IMG/VR virus record: IMGVR_UViG_3300049216_000067
Source: a virus
DNA: 64,000 bases
Reading direction: 5' to 3' (one strand)
Shown: piece after piece, positions 37,554-48,844 of the stretch
Layout of the letters: every line of letters starts with the position of its first letter
How positions within the stretch are numbered: position 1 is the stretch's first letter
Program-made: the position numbers and the translations under genes
The notes under the pieces: model-generated
Databases searched by the model: none
The model's input: the letters and a program-made list of their open reading frames with translations, nothing else
What the model was told of the DNA's origin: nothing

Positions 37554-40500
37554 TTATCTCTGTTTCTTAAGAAGACCGGTCTTTTCAGGTAACTCGGTAC
37601 GGTTATTAAAATCAATATCCCAGCGAGCAGAGACTTCATCAAAAGATTTCTTGCAAGCAGGACACATCTTAATAAACCTGACAGCATCTACCTCACAACC
37701 ACAAGGTTCTTTCCAGCTGACACCTTTCTTCTTTCTCATATATTAAAGTCTTTCCTTTTAAGATCAGGTTTCCAGTGGCATTGAGACCATTCGACAATCT
37801 TATTAGATTCTAGGTTTCGAAAGTATTGTAATCGTTCTTCTTCGTCAACCTTTTCGACATGGCCAACTTCTATGGCCCATAGGCCATCACCAATCTTAAT
37901 TTTAATAACACGGCAGTCTAATCTTGAATGGATATACTCTTCTGAGATACAAAGAGCTAATGTCCCGTTCCATTCGTCTTCAGGTTTACGGAGATCTACA
38001 ATTCGAACCACATCATGAATGGCAAGCATAGAAGACTCCTAATTGAGGTTATCTTCATATACTTATCAAAACGGGTTGTCATCTGGTGGATCTTTTTCTA
38101 TACGGGCCTCGACCATGGCACCGTAAGCAGATAACCAAAAGAAAAATGCAAATGCTATTAAAAACCAGAAATAGGTTGGTTCTTTTTGTTGAAGTGCTGA
38201 TACGAACTTTTCTGCTGCTGCCAAACTAGCCAACACGACCGAAATAACCCAATAAGAATAAAATTTCACTTATTAGCCTCCGTTAAAAAAATGGGAACAT
38301 GCGTGTTAGCTAACTCGGTAGCGTCTGTATGGTCATTAGAAGCCTTCTGAGCGGCTTCCAGCCTTCTACCCCTAGTAAAGGCCCACCAGGTCCCTAGATA
38401 GGCTCCTAAGGCTCCATCGATAACCACCCAATGATTGGAAAGCCAGATCTGAGTTGAGAAAGTTCCGGCAAGAATAATCATAGCTGACCAAAACGCCGCA
38501 GGGTGCGGTTTCTTTTCAGCAGATCGCATATTGTAATTTGCCCAGAAAACATCAACAACTAAAGTGATGCTAAAAACGGCAACGTGGGAAAGAACAGTAG
38601 TCCAATTCATAATCAATCCTCAATGAGCTTAAAACTATCCTCTAAACGACCAACACAGGAAGACAATATAGCATGATTATGAATATTCTGAAAACCATAA
38701 TAGTAATCGTCTCCACCATGAACTAAACCAAACAATCTATAGGTTTTGCCGGTGAAGTTGTCTTTAAACTTCTTTCCTATTAAGTGATCATATTTTTGAC
38801 AATTTCTCGCCAATTTCCTTCACAAATACATTTATTTTTCATACATGTCCGGAAGTTTGTTCTTTTGGTTTTCTTTCAATAATTTTAATGGGTCGAAAGT
38901 TAGGATACTTCATAGATTCGCCACCGTTACATTCTTTACAAATCCATTCATCCCAAAATTTGGTTTGTCTTTTATATTCGTTTTCACTGATATCCATACA
39001 TAAGGCAATTCCACATTCATTACAAATTGGTGTTAATCCACCAGGCATTGTACTGTCATGTATATGTACACCCATTACTACTCCAATGTTGACCCAGAAC
39101 GATCCACCCAATCAATGCAGTCGTCTGCCTTAGGATGAGCATTCATGTGATGTTGATTAGATCGAACGCACCATCCAAGAGGTTTCGTTTCCGACGATCC
39201 GCGCCCACAAACGGCGCAAGGAATGTTGCTTCCGGATGGCGAACCCTCGCACCCGTAGCAGCTTGTTTCGCCGGTTTGAAATGATCGCGGTCGTTTATCT
39301 TTCGTTTCCAAAGGCAGTGCCTCCGTCAACCAATCAATTAATCGGCCCGCAGTCTCGGTATCAATTGACGAGCAATCAAACTCAAAAACAATTCTAGTAG
39401 GGTCAGTACGGTCTACGTAGGCCACGCTCTCGCCGTCTTCAATATGAAATGTCGGCACGTTGCGAAATACTTTATCCATACTTATCACCATTGTCAACCT
39501 GTCTGGCTCTGTCGCTTGTATTCCATCTGTCCTGTGTTGTTTGCAAGTGCAACGTTCAACAGTCATTTTCGATTGCTCAGCATCCCACTGAAGCTTGTGT
39601 CGAATTTTGCAACCAAAACATGTACTCGTTCCTCCAGCAGGCGTGACTGCCGGTGTTGTTATTTCCATGTTGGATCGTCTTAATAATGGTGTCGGTATTG
39701 ACCGCTTACCGCATGCATTAACGCTTAGCCACCCACAACTGAAGTAAAAATCCTATTACCTCTACAACCAAAAAAACATAAAGATACCCATAAAATTCTC
39801 CTTCAAATTAATCCGATTACTATTATGTAGGGATCTTGATTTAATCGCAAGTATCAAGTAATATGTTACTCATTAATCACCTTTTGTTAGTGAGACACAA
39901 TGTCATGCTTACTCTTTATGTAACCACACATATGCACAAAATATTTTTCTGGCGCGTTACAACAGGCGATCATGCAACAAAAAACAAGAGAACAACACGC
40001 CATGATAGCCAGCGGCAATGTCCCGACTGGTTCTCTGCGGGACGATTGTAGATGTATCCCCATCCCATGAACTCGTGACCGTATTCGAGTAGCGGCTTTC
40101 AAACGATTTCAGCGCAAACCGCTCCTGCACCACATCAAATTCAGTGTGCCCATGCGGTTTGTCGTGGCCGCAAACATCGCATTTTGAGGTGCCTTCCGTC
40201 ATTTCACTTCTCCGCTGGAAGTAGTCGCAGCCATTTCAAGATCAATAATTTCATCAAGCTGCGAGCCGTTCAACCAATCTACACAAGCGACGCTGCCTTG
40301 ATGGAAGTTGGTGCATTTGACTCCACGAATCAATGTTCCGTTAAAATCTGGCAGCATTGGTTTGTTCCAATGATCGGTATCACGCAACCATCGGTATCGA
40401 GCAGCGTCTGTAGCGTCATCACTCATAGGTTATCCACAATTTGCTCTTTTTTCGGGTGCAGCAATCAACGGCTTGATATCTTTGATTCCTTGACGTTCCA

Positions 40501-42859
40501 AAAAATACCTAGCCTTAGCAATTTTGTCGTCCAAAATGGCGACTTCAGTCACAGTCTGAACAATTTGCTTAGAGTCGTCGTTAAGTTTCTGCTTAGCAAC
40601 CGTCTTATGGAATTGAATTATCATTACGCAGCCTCGCTTTGGTTATGGACATGCTGAACGTAAGCTTTCATCAGGCTTGGGCGATCCACGGTGCCAACTT
40701 CGTAGCTGACTCGATTCGGATCAGTGGTCAAACGACCATGAGCGGTAAAACGCTCGACGGTAGCGAATCGATGAGCATTCTCAGCTGCGTAGGCCAGAAA
40801 ACGATCCAATTCGCGCCGTTGACCAAGAATCTTCACTTCCATAATTTCTTCGTTCATATGTTTCTCCTGTAAGTGACTAGGTAGGTCTACTATACACGGT
40901 TCTTTAATAGGAACAAGAACTAGGTCTCATTCCTAATATGAAATTCTACGACAAACCCTATTATGGTAAGTAATGCAAGAACACAGGTGATGATTAGGGA
41001 TATTTTCTTACCCCAAAGCCTTTCTGCGATTTCTAGAACCTTGGCAAATCCAAGGCATGTTAACACTAGGAGGATAAATCTAGACACTATTACAACAATG
41101 TATTCGACAAGCATAAGTTTCCCCTAACTTTTAAAAATCTTACTGTAAATATAATACAGGATCGTAAACATAAAATCAGCTACTGTTATAATTAAGGACA
41201 GACCAAATATAGCAATAGCAAATACAAATGCTACAAGAATTTCACCGAGTGCTTGCAATAGCGTCATTTACTTTCTCAGTGAACCCATCACACTTTTCAA
41301 GCCAGACTGGATCATAATTAAAGGGATGAGCAAACCAACCGTGAGCGATACCGTGTGAATTACCTACAACCTTAATCGCGTTAGGAAAATAGTCATTCGC
41401 TTTTATGTAAGGTGCTTGCTTACCTAAAAGTCCCATCAATACGGCAATTGGATCTTCATTGAGTGCCTTCAATGAAGGGTGATGGCACGATGAATGTGAA
41501 TTGCCGGGAATGCCCTGGCGATGTACACATTTGTAACAATTTGGTTTACTCATGCTCAGATCCTCTGTCAGACTGTGATGCGACGCGCTGTACTGTTTAC
41601 TCATCATTTGTGGCATCTTCAAGGAGAGCAGCATCGATGCGCCTAACCACACGAATCATGATGAAACATGAAACGTAACCGGCAACAAAGCCAGTGAAAA
41701 ATGTCCAGTTCATACACGTACTCCTTTCTTTTGAAGATTGTCGATATCGGTCTTCGCAATGTTAATCTTCCGCGCTATTTCGTCCCTTTCTTCCTGGGTC
41801 TTACCAGTAAGAACGCCCAATTGACCCAACATCTTCAGGTTGGCTTCACGACGCACCAAGGCACCTTGACGACGCTTGGAAATACGTTTCGCGCTATTGA
41901 CTCTCATTACAGTCCTCCGTCGATTGTTACTTTGATCGTTCTCTGACCCTTAAGACGTTTGCGCACAGTCTCTATCATTTGATTGTTAAAGTCAATATGC
42001 GATTCAACATCTCCATAATGGCGATCCACTTCATTTGAGTAAGAAAGCCACTTATTGATTTCGATCAAATGTGAAAACAACTTCCCAGACAGGATTCTAC
42101 CGGCATTTGCACGATTAGTCTGTTCGAGAAGCTGTGCTTCCAATTCCTCGATGCGAAGATCTTTACGGGTTTTCTTACCCATAAGAATTCAGCTGAGAAA
42201 GGAGCTTATCTCTCTTAGCTCGCAATTCGTGAATCTCAGTATCCGTAGAACCCCTAGGACCTTGTTTCGCGTGCAAGCGAAGAAGCTTATTCAAACGATT
42301 GGAAATCTCTGCCAACTCCCAACGAAGTTGAATTTTTGTGTCCATGGTAAAATCACGTTGAGAAAGCATTAGACGGCTCCTTCCAAATCAAGTTGATATT
42401 CGATGAAACCTTGCGACTCAGCATTGCCGCTAGGACAATTACCATCCGGCCTAATGGCACGAGCAAATTCAGCAAAAGCCGCTTCAATCTCTTTGGGTGT
42501 CCCACCAGGACCACCATTGCGCCAAGGACGAATCGTAGTGATTCCATCCTCTACGACTATTCTTTCAGATTTCTTGAAAAGATTCTTTGTTCGCTTTCCA
42601 GAAAAAACATGAATAGTCAATTGAACTGTCATTTTTCCTCCACTTTCTTTGTTGGTGAGATTAACCAAACAGTAAGACGATTACCATAGATAAACAGGTA
42701 GTTGCTCAAAATAACAACTAAATTACCCGGAATTCTTAGGACCATTGCAATAAACGCAGTCACCAAAGCCAATATCAATAAAACAACTGCTGCAAGGAAT
42801 AATACTATCCTCATAAAATAATTCAATAGAGAAGCAATCAATGTCAAAGCAAACTTCAT
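37554..42859 (-). CDS. Array of about 20 small hypothetical ORFs (several membrane or Cys-rich proteins)
   Basis: Densely packed, often stop/start-coupled minus-strand ORFs; sigma70-like promoters near 39822-39850 and 40888-40916. Confidence 0.6.
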
Positions 42860-43299
42860 AGTAGGTCCTTTAATTCTAGATACATGGAATGATACTTGGC
42901 AATCCTTTTGATATCCTTTTCGGTGATACCCTTCAATCTACGAATATCACTATTGTGTCGTAAATCGGCTAATTTGACACGAATAGCATCCTTACCGTTT
43001 TTCTTGATGCCCTCAAGATACTCTTCTGAAGTTTGCCCTGGCATCTTAGTCATGGCAGATATTCCACTTACGATTCGTTTAGTGAAACCCATGTCATATA
43101 ATGACTGGAATGTCACATCGGTATCCTCAATCAAATCGTGACCGAGAGCAATGCATTGAAGTTCTTCGTCATCTGTTTTGGTGTAATACATGACCTTTAG
43201 GCAATGTAAAACATATGGCTGACCTGCCTTGTCGTAAACACCTTCAAATTTGTTGGTGACCAGCACCAACATTTTGTTTAACATTTCACCTTTGTTCAT
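42856..43299 (-). CDS. HD-domain hydrolase of the SpoT/Mesh1 small alarmone hydrolase type
   Basis: DKAGQPYVLH, ALGHDLIEDT, VKLADLRHNSD. Confidence 0.85.
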   Translation of the reverse strand: MNKGEMLNKMLVLVTNKFEGVYDKAGQPYVLHCLKVMYYTKTDDEELQCIALGHDLIEDTDVTFQSLYDMGFTKRIVSGISAMTKMPGQTSEEYLEGIKKNGKDAIRVKLADLRHNSDIRRLKGITEKDIKRIAKYHSMYLELKDLL

Positions 43300-43334
43300 A
43301 GACCTATCCTAATATTATTAAATTGAAAAGTCAA

Positions 43335-44225
43335 CTACATTGGGTGATAAAAATTAACATCGTTTTTAAGCAGTCTAACATTACAATCTGGACATAATCC
43401 ATTATCCGGAACATCCCACATATTCCAAATGTTGTAAGTTCTCGAACACTTTAATTGATTAGGAATAAAACCCGATTTATCGTGTGTCCAAGCATCTACA
43501 TATGGATGATAATACATTATTTCACTACAATCTGGGCAATGTTTTTCACCTGACAGAGGGTTAATAAGACCGACTCCCGCTTCTTGACCGTAGATGACTC
43601 TATGACAAGTTTTGGGTATGATTTTGTTTAGTGGGTGATACCATTGATTTGTTTCCAGATCAAAATCTAGTCTTTGATTACACTCTGGACACATTTTTCT
43701 GTCTGGAACATCTGATTCTGTCCATGTCTTATGGAGTTCAGGACAGGCTTTAAATTGACCTCTTTTATGAACCCAAATTTCAACATCCGGGTAAGCCGGA
43801 TCGATGTGGAGATAACGTTTTTCATTACAAGCTGGGCATCTGTCGCCAGCTGGGTATTGATCATCAATACAATTACCACTAACATCGATTTTCTGTTCTT
43901 CTGGAAAAAAAAGGTCTAATGGCTTGCCTTCATATTTGGCTTTAACGACCCAACCGCTTCGTTTGATTATTTCGAAACCTAGCTCTTTAAGGTTTTCTAA
44001 TAAACCAGCTTCATCAATTACACTTATTTGACGAATGCGGTAAAACAGGATGTCAGCGTCTTTACGACGACCATCCTTGTAAAGGCATCCACCGGTTAAA
44101 GCAACGTGACAGCCGTACTTGGGTGCTATAGGTTCGATCAAACGACACATTTCGACCGCACTATCTAGATCCCAGACATAAAGTCTGTCTTTTTCCAATA
44201 AAGCGGTCAAATGTTCAATAATCAT
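43335..44225 (-). CDS. Nucleotidyltransferase-like domain plus four CPxC zinc-finger repeats
   Basis: VALTGGCLYKDGRRKDADILF (hGG..DhD); CPAC, CPEC, CPDC, CPDC each followed by W/F-x-H. Confidence 0.6.
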   Translation of the reverse strand: MIIEHLTALLEKDRLYVWDLDSAVEMCRLIEPIAPKYGCHVALTGGCLYKDGRRKDADILFYRIRQISVIDEAGLLENLKELGFEIIKRSGWVVKAKYEGKPLDLFFPEEQKIDVSGNCIDDQYPAGDRCPACNEKRYLHIDPAYPDVEIWVHKRGQFKACPELHKTWTESDVPDRKMCPECNQRLDFDLETNQWYHPLNKIIPKTCHRVIYGQEAGVGLINPLSGEKHCPDCSEIMYYHPYVDAWTHDKSGFIPNQLKCSRTYNIWNMWDVPDNGLCPDCNVRLLKNDVNFYHPM

Positions 44226-44241
44226 AATATAAAGTTCTCAC

Positions 44242-44260
44242 AAAGGCCCTTTCAGGGCCA
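44242..44260 (-). terminator. Terminator after the GH5 gene
   Basis: GGCCCT-GAAA-GGGCC-TTT. Confidence 0.6.
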
Positions 44261-44262
44261 AA

Positions 44263-46044
44263 TTAATTATGGGTAGGGTTCGCAGTATTTCCCGTTGTCA
44301 AGAACTGCTTTACAAACACACCGTATCCATCACAAGGTGTCGCATTGGTATCCTTAAGCAAATTGTTGTCTGGTTCACCAGTTACACAGAATGCCCAAGC
44401 TATTGTACCAATTTTATTTGCTTTTGCAAAAGTTGTGATTGCTGAAGCGAAAGGTGCTCCGACAGTATTGGCAGCATTATGATCACCATATTCAGTAATC
44501 ATTACTGGATAACCAGCTGCTTTAATGTCAAGTACCCACTCGTAACAAGTTCCCTTAATACCAGTAGTTGGACTTACAGAATTGTTGGCACCGTAATTAG
44601 CAAGTGTGTAAGCCGGTGTTCCCCATGTAGTACCAAACGTTGGATATGCATGCCAATCAGCAAAAATGTTCTTAAGAGGATCTGTTGGAACATTAGTCAA
44701 CCATGCTGAGTGATCTTGAGCATATGAACGATCAGAAACAGAAATTGGACCGGTAAATCCTGCATTACGAGCAGCAGTAATCATGGTTTGAAACCCACAG
44801 ACTTCCCAAGTTTCAGTGATAGTGAAATCGGCACCGGCATCTGAATTGTTAGAGAACCTACCACAGGTTCCACCAAGCTTTTGAACAACACCGACATCAG
44901 ATGGAACAACAGGACCAAAACTATCCAAGAAAGGCTCATTGAAACAGCCCAAAATCACATTAGTGAACTTACTGTAACGAGTTGCAATTTCGGCAAACGC
45001 TACAGGGCTGGTTGATGCATCAGAAAATGAACCTTGACCTTGTGGTGCCAAATACGCACCATTAGGGTAATTAGGAATAGTCTTAAGGAAAGGAGCAGAC
45101 CAATGTTGCTCGATGATAATGTAGAAACCTGCCGCAGTGTAGGCCAAAACTGCTTGGTCTAGAACTGTTGGATAGATTCCAGCAGGATCAGCTGGCATAA
45201 GCTTTACGCCTTCACCATCGACACAAACCAAACCTAACCAGCTTGCAGTGTTGTATGGAATACGAACGATGTTGACGCCCCATTCTTGTAACAATGCAAC
45301 CGGTGGTAATCCTGGGAATCCAGAATCACCCCAATAATTAGAACCATCCCAATCTTGAATTGCAGTATTTTCGAGACCTGATACGTTAACACCATTAGGG
45401 ACAATTTCTGTTCCGTTTTGATCAACGAATGTATTACCACTCACCTTAATAAATTTCATACCGGTTGTTGGTGGAGTCAAAGGTGTAATAGTACGTACAG
45501 GAATTGAAGTACTTGCTACAAGTGTTGAATTAGAAGTATTTGCTACCGGAGTTGGTGCAGTGTTAGGAGTTGGAACTGGAGTAGGTGCTGGTGTGCCGGT
45601 AACTGTAAATTGACTGTTGTCGAATGCCCAGGTAATAGGAGATCCTACAGCAATGCCGCCTGTAACCGCACCAGATGGCACTGTAGCCACAATCTGAGAA
45701 TCAGATACGATCTTAGTAGGTGCAAATTGTAACCCGCCAATCTTAACCGCATTGGCTTGAGTGAAACCCGTTCCATTAATCGTAAATTGGGTTCCAATAC
45801 CACCAGTTGTTGGAGCAAAACTGGTGATAGATAGGGCATTAGCCACTGGAGTTGTGTTAGGTGTAGGTGTCGTATTTGCAACTGGGGTAGTGTTAGCTAC
45901 AGGAGTTGTATTTCCTACAGGTGTCGTATTTGCAACTGGCGTGTTTGACGCCGGTTGTGGACCTTGCAATATAATTACATTACCAGAATTTAAAGCAGCA
46001 AGATCTGCCGCACTGAGAGTGAGCGTTAATACTGAACCTGTCAT
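44263..46044 (-). CDS. GH5-family glycoside hydrolase with IPT/TIG domain and P/T-rich linkers
   Basis: GVNVSGLE, NIVRIP, FNEP (acid/base), HAYP, ITEYG (nucleophile), AWAF; ITSFAPTTG..TINGTGF IPT domain. Confidence 0.85.
   Translation of the reverse strand: MTGSVLTLTLSAADLAALNSGNVIILQGPQPASNTPVANTTPVGNTTPVANTTPVANTTPTPNTTPVANALSITSFAPTTGGIGTQFTINGTGFTQANAVKIGGLQFAPTKIVSDSQIVATVPSGAVTGGIAVGSPITWAFDNSQFTVTGTPAPTPVPTPNTAPTPVANTSNSTLVASTSIPVRTITPLTPPTTGMKFIKVSGNTFVDQNGTEIVPNGVNVSGLENTAIQDWDGSNYWGDSGFPGLPPVALLQEWGVNIVRIPYNTASWLGLVCVDGEGVKLMPADPAGIYPTVLDQAVLAYTAAGFYIIIEQHWSAPFLKTIPNYPNGAYLAPQGQGSFSDASTSPVAFAEIATRYSKFTNVILGCFNEPFLDSFGPVVPSDVGVVQKLGGTCGRFSNNSDAGADFTITETWEVCGFQTMITAARNAGFTGPISVSDRSYAQDHSAWLTNVPTDPLKNIFADWHAYPTFGTTWGTPAYTLANYGANNSVSPTTGIKGTCYEWVLDIKAAGYPVMITEYGDHNAANTVGAPFASAITTFAKANKIGTIAWAFCVTGEPDNNLLKDTNATPCDGYGVFVKQFLTTGNTANPTHN
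45841..45950 (-). repeat. Coding tandem repeat (NTTPVA-like, about 6 units)
   Basis: NTPVANTTPVGNTTPVANTTPVANTTPTPNTTPVAN in the GH5 N-terminus. Confidence 0.85.
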
Positions 46045-46062
46045 TTATTATTCTCCTAAAGA

Positions 46063-46663
46063 TTACCATTCGTTCATGTCGCACCTCAAGCAATATTCTT
46101 TGTTGCCGCGACCATGAATGCATACCGGATTATGTATCGTTGCATCAGATTCAGCGTTTTTCTTCGGTTTAATGAACCGAAAAATTGCAGCGATAATAAG
46201 TCCAGTGACGGTTATTACCCACGCTGCGGTGTCTAAAACTGAAGGTTCTGGTCCCATTAACATAATTGTTTCTCCCGTTTGGTAGATGACAATCAAATTA
46301 TGCAACAATTTCTAACCAGAATCAAATGGTATTTAGGCTCAAAGGGTAACCCTGTTTCCAAGGTCACCGATTGCCTGACTTTTTTTCGACCATAACGAAT
46401 GCTCCTAATAGGATTGGTGTCAATTATGAACGTTTTTCAATGAGCTTACTAATAGCACTGGAAAGGAAACGTACCTGAGCATTGAATCGCACAGGTTCTA
46501 CTAACAAGTTTCCAAGGTTGAATTGATCCAGGTCTTCTTCTAGCACGTTAGTAAGAACAAACGTTCCTCTACGGGTGCCTGGTTCGATTTCAATGTTTTT
46601 AAGCTGAGCATCAAAAATCAACATTGTTGCGGCACAGACGATATCGCGAGTCTTGTAGTCCAT
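46063..46663 (-). CDS. Two small ORFs (46063-46308 membrane protein; 46424-46663 hypothetical)
   Basis: Each preceded by a CTAAATA late-promoter-like core. Confidence 0.55.
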
Positions 46664-46698
46664 TCATCACCATATGGGTTGTATGGTGTATTTAGACG

Positions 46699-47280
46699 TT
46701 ATAAATCCCTCTTCGCTTTTTCTGCTTGTTCAGCATTAGCCTTCAAATTGTCAACACTATTGATAGTAATTGCTGATGTGGTTAAGTCAACGTACCTGGT
46801 TAAGGTCAAAACCTCTGTAGCCGTCTGATACGTGCATTGCGTTTGTGTGAAATGAGCGTTCATAGCGTTACTAACATCACTGTCTACACACTTCGTAGCA
46901 GAATACTTTGTTAACAAAGCGTCCTTTATTACATCAAACTTAGAAGGACTAAGAGTAATCAATACTCTATCTGCGATATTTTCCGTGTAATGAACAAATG
47001 GTTGTGTTGAATCAAACATGATTCCCGCACCACCAATAGTAAAGATCGGTGTTTCACCAGGCTTACAGTCATCAAAACAAGGCACCAAAGGTGGTAGCTG
47101 TTTGAATGTCTTTCTATCGAATGTTGGTGCATCAGTACGGTAATAACCGTTTTTGAATGTGTCAACTTCCTGCTGAGTCATTCCAAGGTGGAATCCCTTG
47201 ATATCGATATGTTCATCAGCAAACGCCACTGAAGACAATCCGATTAGGACCAGAGCCGTTGCAATAAGTGATTTGAACAT
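46699..47280 (-). CDS. Secreted/periplasmic protein
   Basis: Signal peptide MFKSLIATALVLIGLSSVAFA; AGGAG RBS; TATAAATA at 47318-47325. Confidence 0.7.
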   Translation of the reverse strand: MFKSLIATALVLIGLSSVAFADEHIDIKGFHLGMTQQEVDTFKNGYYRTDAPTFDRKTFKQLPPLVPCFDDCKPGETPIFTIGGAGIMFDSTQPFVHYTENIADRVLITLSPSKFDVIKDALLTKYSATKCVDSDVSNAMNAHFTQTQCTYQTATEVLTLTRYVDLTTSAITINSVDNLKANAEQAEKAKRDL

Positions 47281-47385
47281 GTGAATTCTCCTGTATGAAA
47301 TATGGGTTATGAACACGTATTTATACTTCGTAACCTATCAGTCAATATCAATAATACGCGGTTTTTATTAATAGTTATAATTATA

Positions 47386-47598
47386 TTAATAAGACCGTCT
47401 GCCACCATTCGTCACGACGCCGCGAGTACCTGTGTCCACTGACGTAATTGGATTCAAAAATAGAACCAGCACAACCAATCCAAGCACAATTGCAACATCA
47501 CGAACCAAACGAAAAACATTCAAGGTCTGATTCGAAGATTCATTACCACGATAGTCCTTAGTTTTCACTTCATTGATATATCGACTAGCAAAACTCAT
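47386..47598 (-). pseudogene. Truncated SPFH/prohibitin-like gene (N-terminal part only)
   Basis: TM helix then ITSVDTGTRGVVT, the typical start of an SPFH domain, then a stop. Confidence 0.5.
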
Positions 47599-47780
47599 AA
47601 AATTTCCTTTTAAAATTGACGAGAACTCAACCATTTACCGAAATCAAGCAATAGATTTTCCTGAGGAAAGAATATCACTTGAACAATCAAGACAATGCCA
47701 AAAATCACTGCTACACCGAAAAGAATATCGAGTAGCCATATCAAAAAACCCGTAACATGTTTCATTAATTCGCTCCAAAT

Positions 47781-48056
47781 TTAGCTAGAACATTGATCCA
47801 CAAAATCCTGTTCAATAATCGCTTCAATATCTGCCAAGGATTTGCGTAAAGATTTAAGTTTCTTTTCACGCAATTTCATGGATTGTGCGACAGCACTTTC
47901 CACAGTCGTGTGCCAATCTTTACCTTGCTTGTGCGCGTATTGCGGATAATCCGAACCATACTTGTAGATCAACATGTCAGAGCTAGTTGTAGACACTTCA
48001 CCATCAACTACTAGGATGCCAGTGGTTAATGCATATTTTGTGACATAGGCTTTCAT
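47781..48056 (-). CDS. Conserved phage hypothetical protein
   Basis: YVTKYALTTGI..DWH..KKLKSLRK pattern. Confidence 0.65.
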   Translation of the reverse strand: MKAYVTKYALTTGILVVDGEVSTTSSDMLIYKYGSDYPQYAHKQGKDWHTTVESAVAQSMKLREKKLKSLRKSLADIEAIIEQDFVDQCSS

Positions 48057-48808
48057 AGTTTCTGAACCTCACCTTCTACGATGTAAGTGGCACCCTGATA
48101 GATCAATGATGCGCCACCAAACAACAAATTATTGTCGTAATCGTAGGCATAATAACCATTCGCGGTCTTACCGTTAAGAATGGCGCTGCTACCAGTGCAA
48201 TTATTGAATGTAAACGTGACTGCATAGACGTTGACGGCAGAGTTAGGAACCACGACAGTTCCACTGATGACGCAGCCCGTAGTGCTGTCTTGAGCATCAA
48301 TAGTCCCATCAACGTTGATGTTCAATACCGTACCATCTTCGGTCTGGTACTGGCCAGCAATCTTCGTAAGGCTGGCAGTCTCCTGTGATGTCGAAGGATC
48401 GTAAACCCATTCGATATCACCACCGTCAGACGTATTGAAATCCAATTCTTGTCCGACGATAACATCACCACCAATAGTCAGATTCGTGTTTCCCGTACAA
48501 GCAAAGTTGTCGGCAAGCTGATCTTCGACACTGACTTCGGCACCACTGATCGTAAAGTTATCACTGGCTACCGTAATAGAGCCGGTTTGTAACATAATAC
48601 ATTGTGGGACAGAAGTCTCAGAATAGAAAAATCCGTTCGGTGCCAAAAGCAGCTTACCGCTTTCCCCCGTAGAAGGATTTTCGTAGGTGTAGTAACCAGC
48701 GGGGCCGGTATAAGTCTGAACAACGGGAGGTGGGTTCTTAACAACCTGAACGGACCCACCACAGGCCGCGAGAACCAAACAACCGATCATAACGAATAAA
48801 TTTTTCAT
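48053..48808 (-). CDS. Lipoprotein
   Basis: Lipobox LAAC after a K/hydrophobic signal; beta-rich with paired Cys. Confidence 0.75.
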   Translation of the reverse strand: MKNLFVMIGCLVLAACGGSVQVVKNPPPVVQTYTGPAGYYTYENPSTGESGKLLLAPNGFFYSETSVPQCIMLQTGSITVASDNFTISGAEVSVEDQLADNFACTGNTNLTIGGDVIVGQELDFNTSDGGDIEWVYDPSTSQETASLTKIAGQYQTEDGTVLNINVDGTIDAQDSTTGCVISGTVVVPNSAVNVYAVTFTFNNCTGSSAILNGKTANGYYAYDYDNNLLFGGASLIYQGATYIVEGEVQKL

Positions 48809-48844
48809 GTTACCTCCAGTAGTATTAAAGGAATCCTATTAATA

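Noticed and set aside
39680-39745. tRNA-like segment ending in CCA on the minus strand
   Set aside because: No T-loop (GTTCRA) or cloverleaf; I found no tRNA genes in the window by eye
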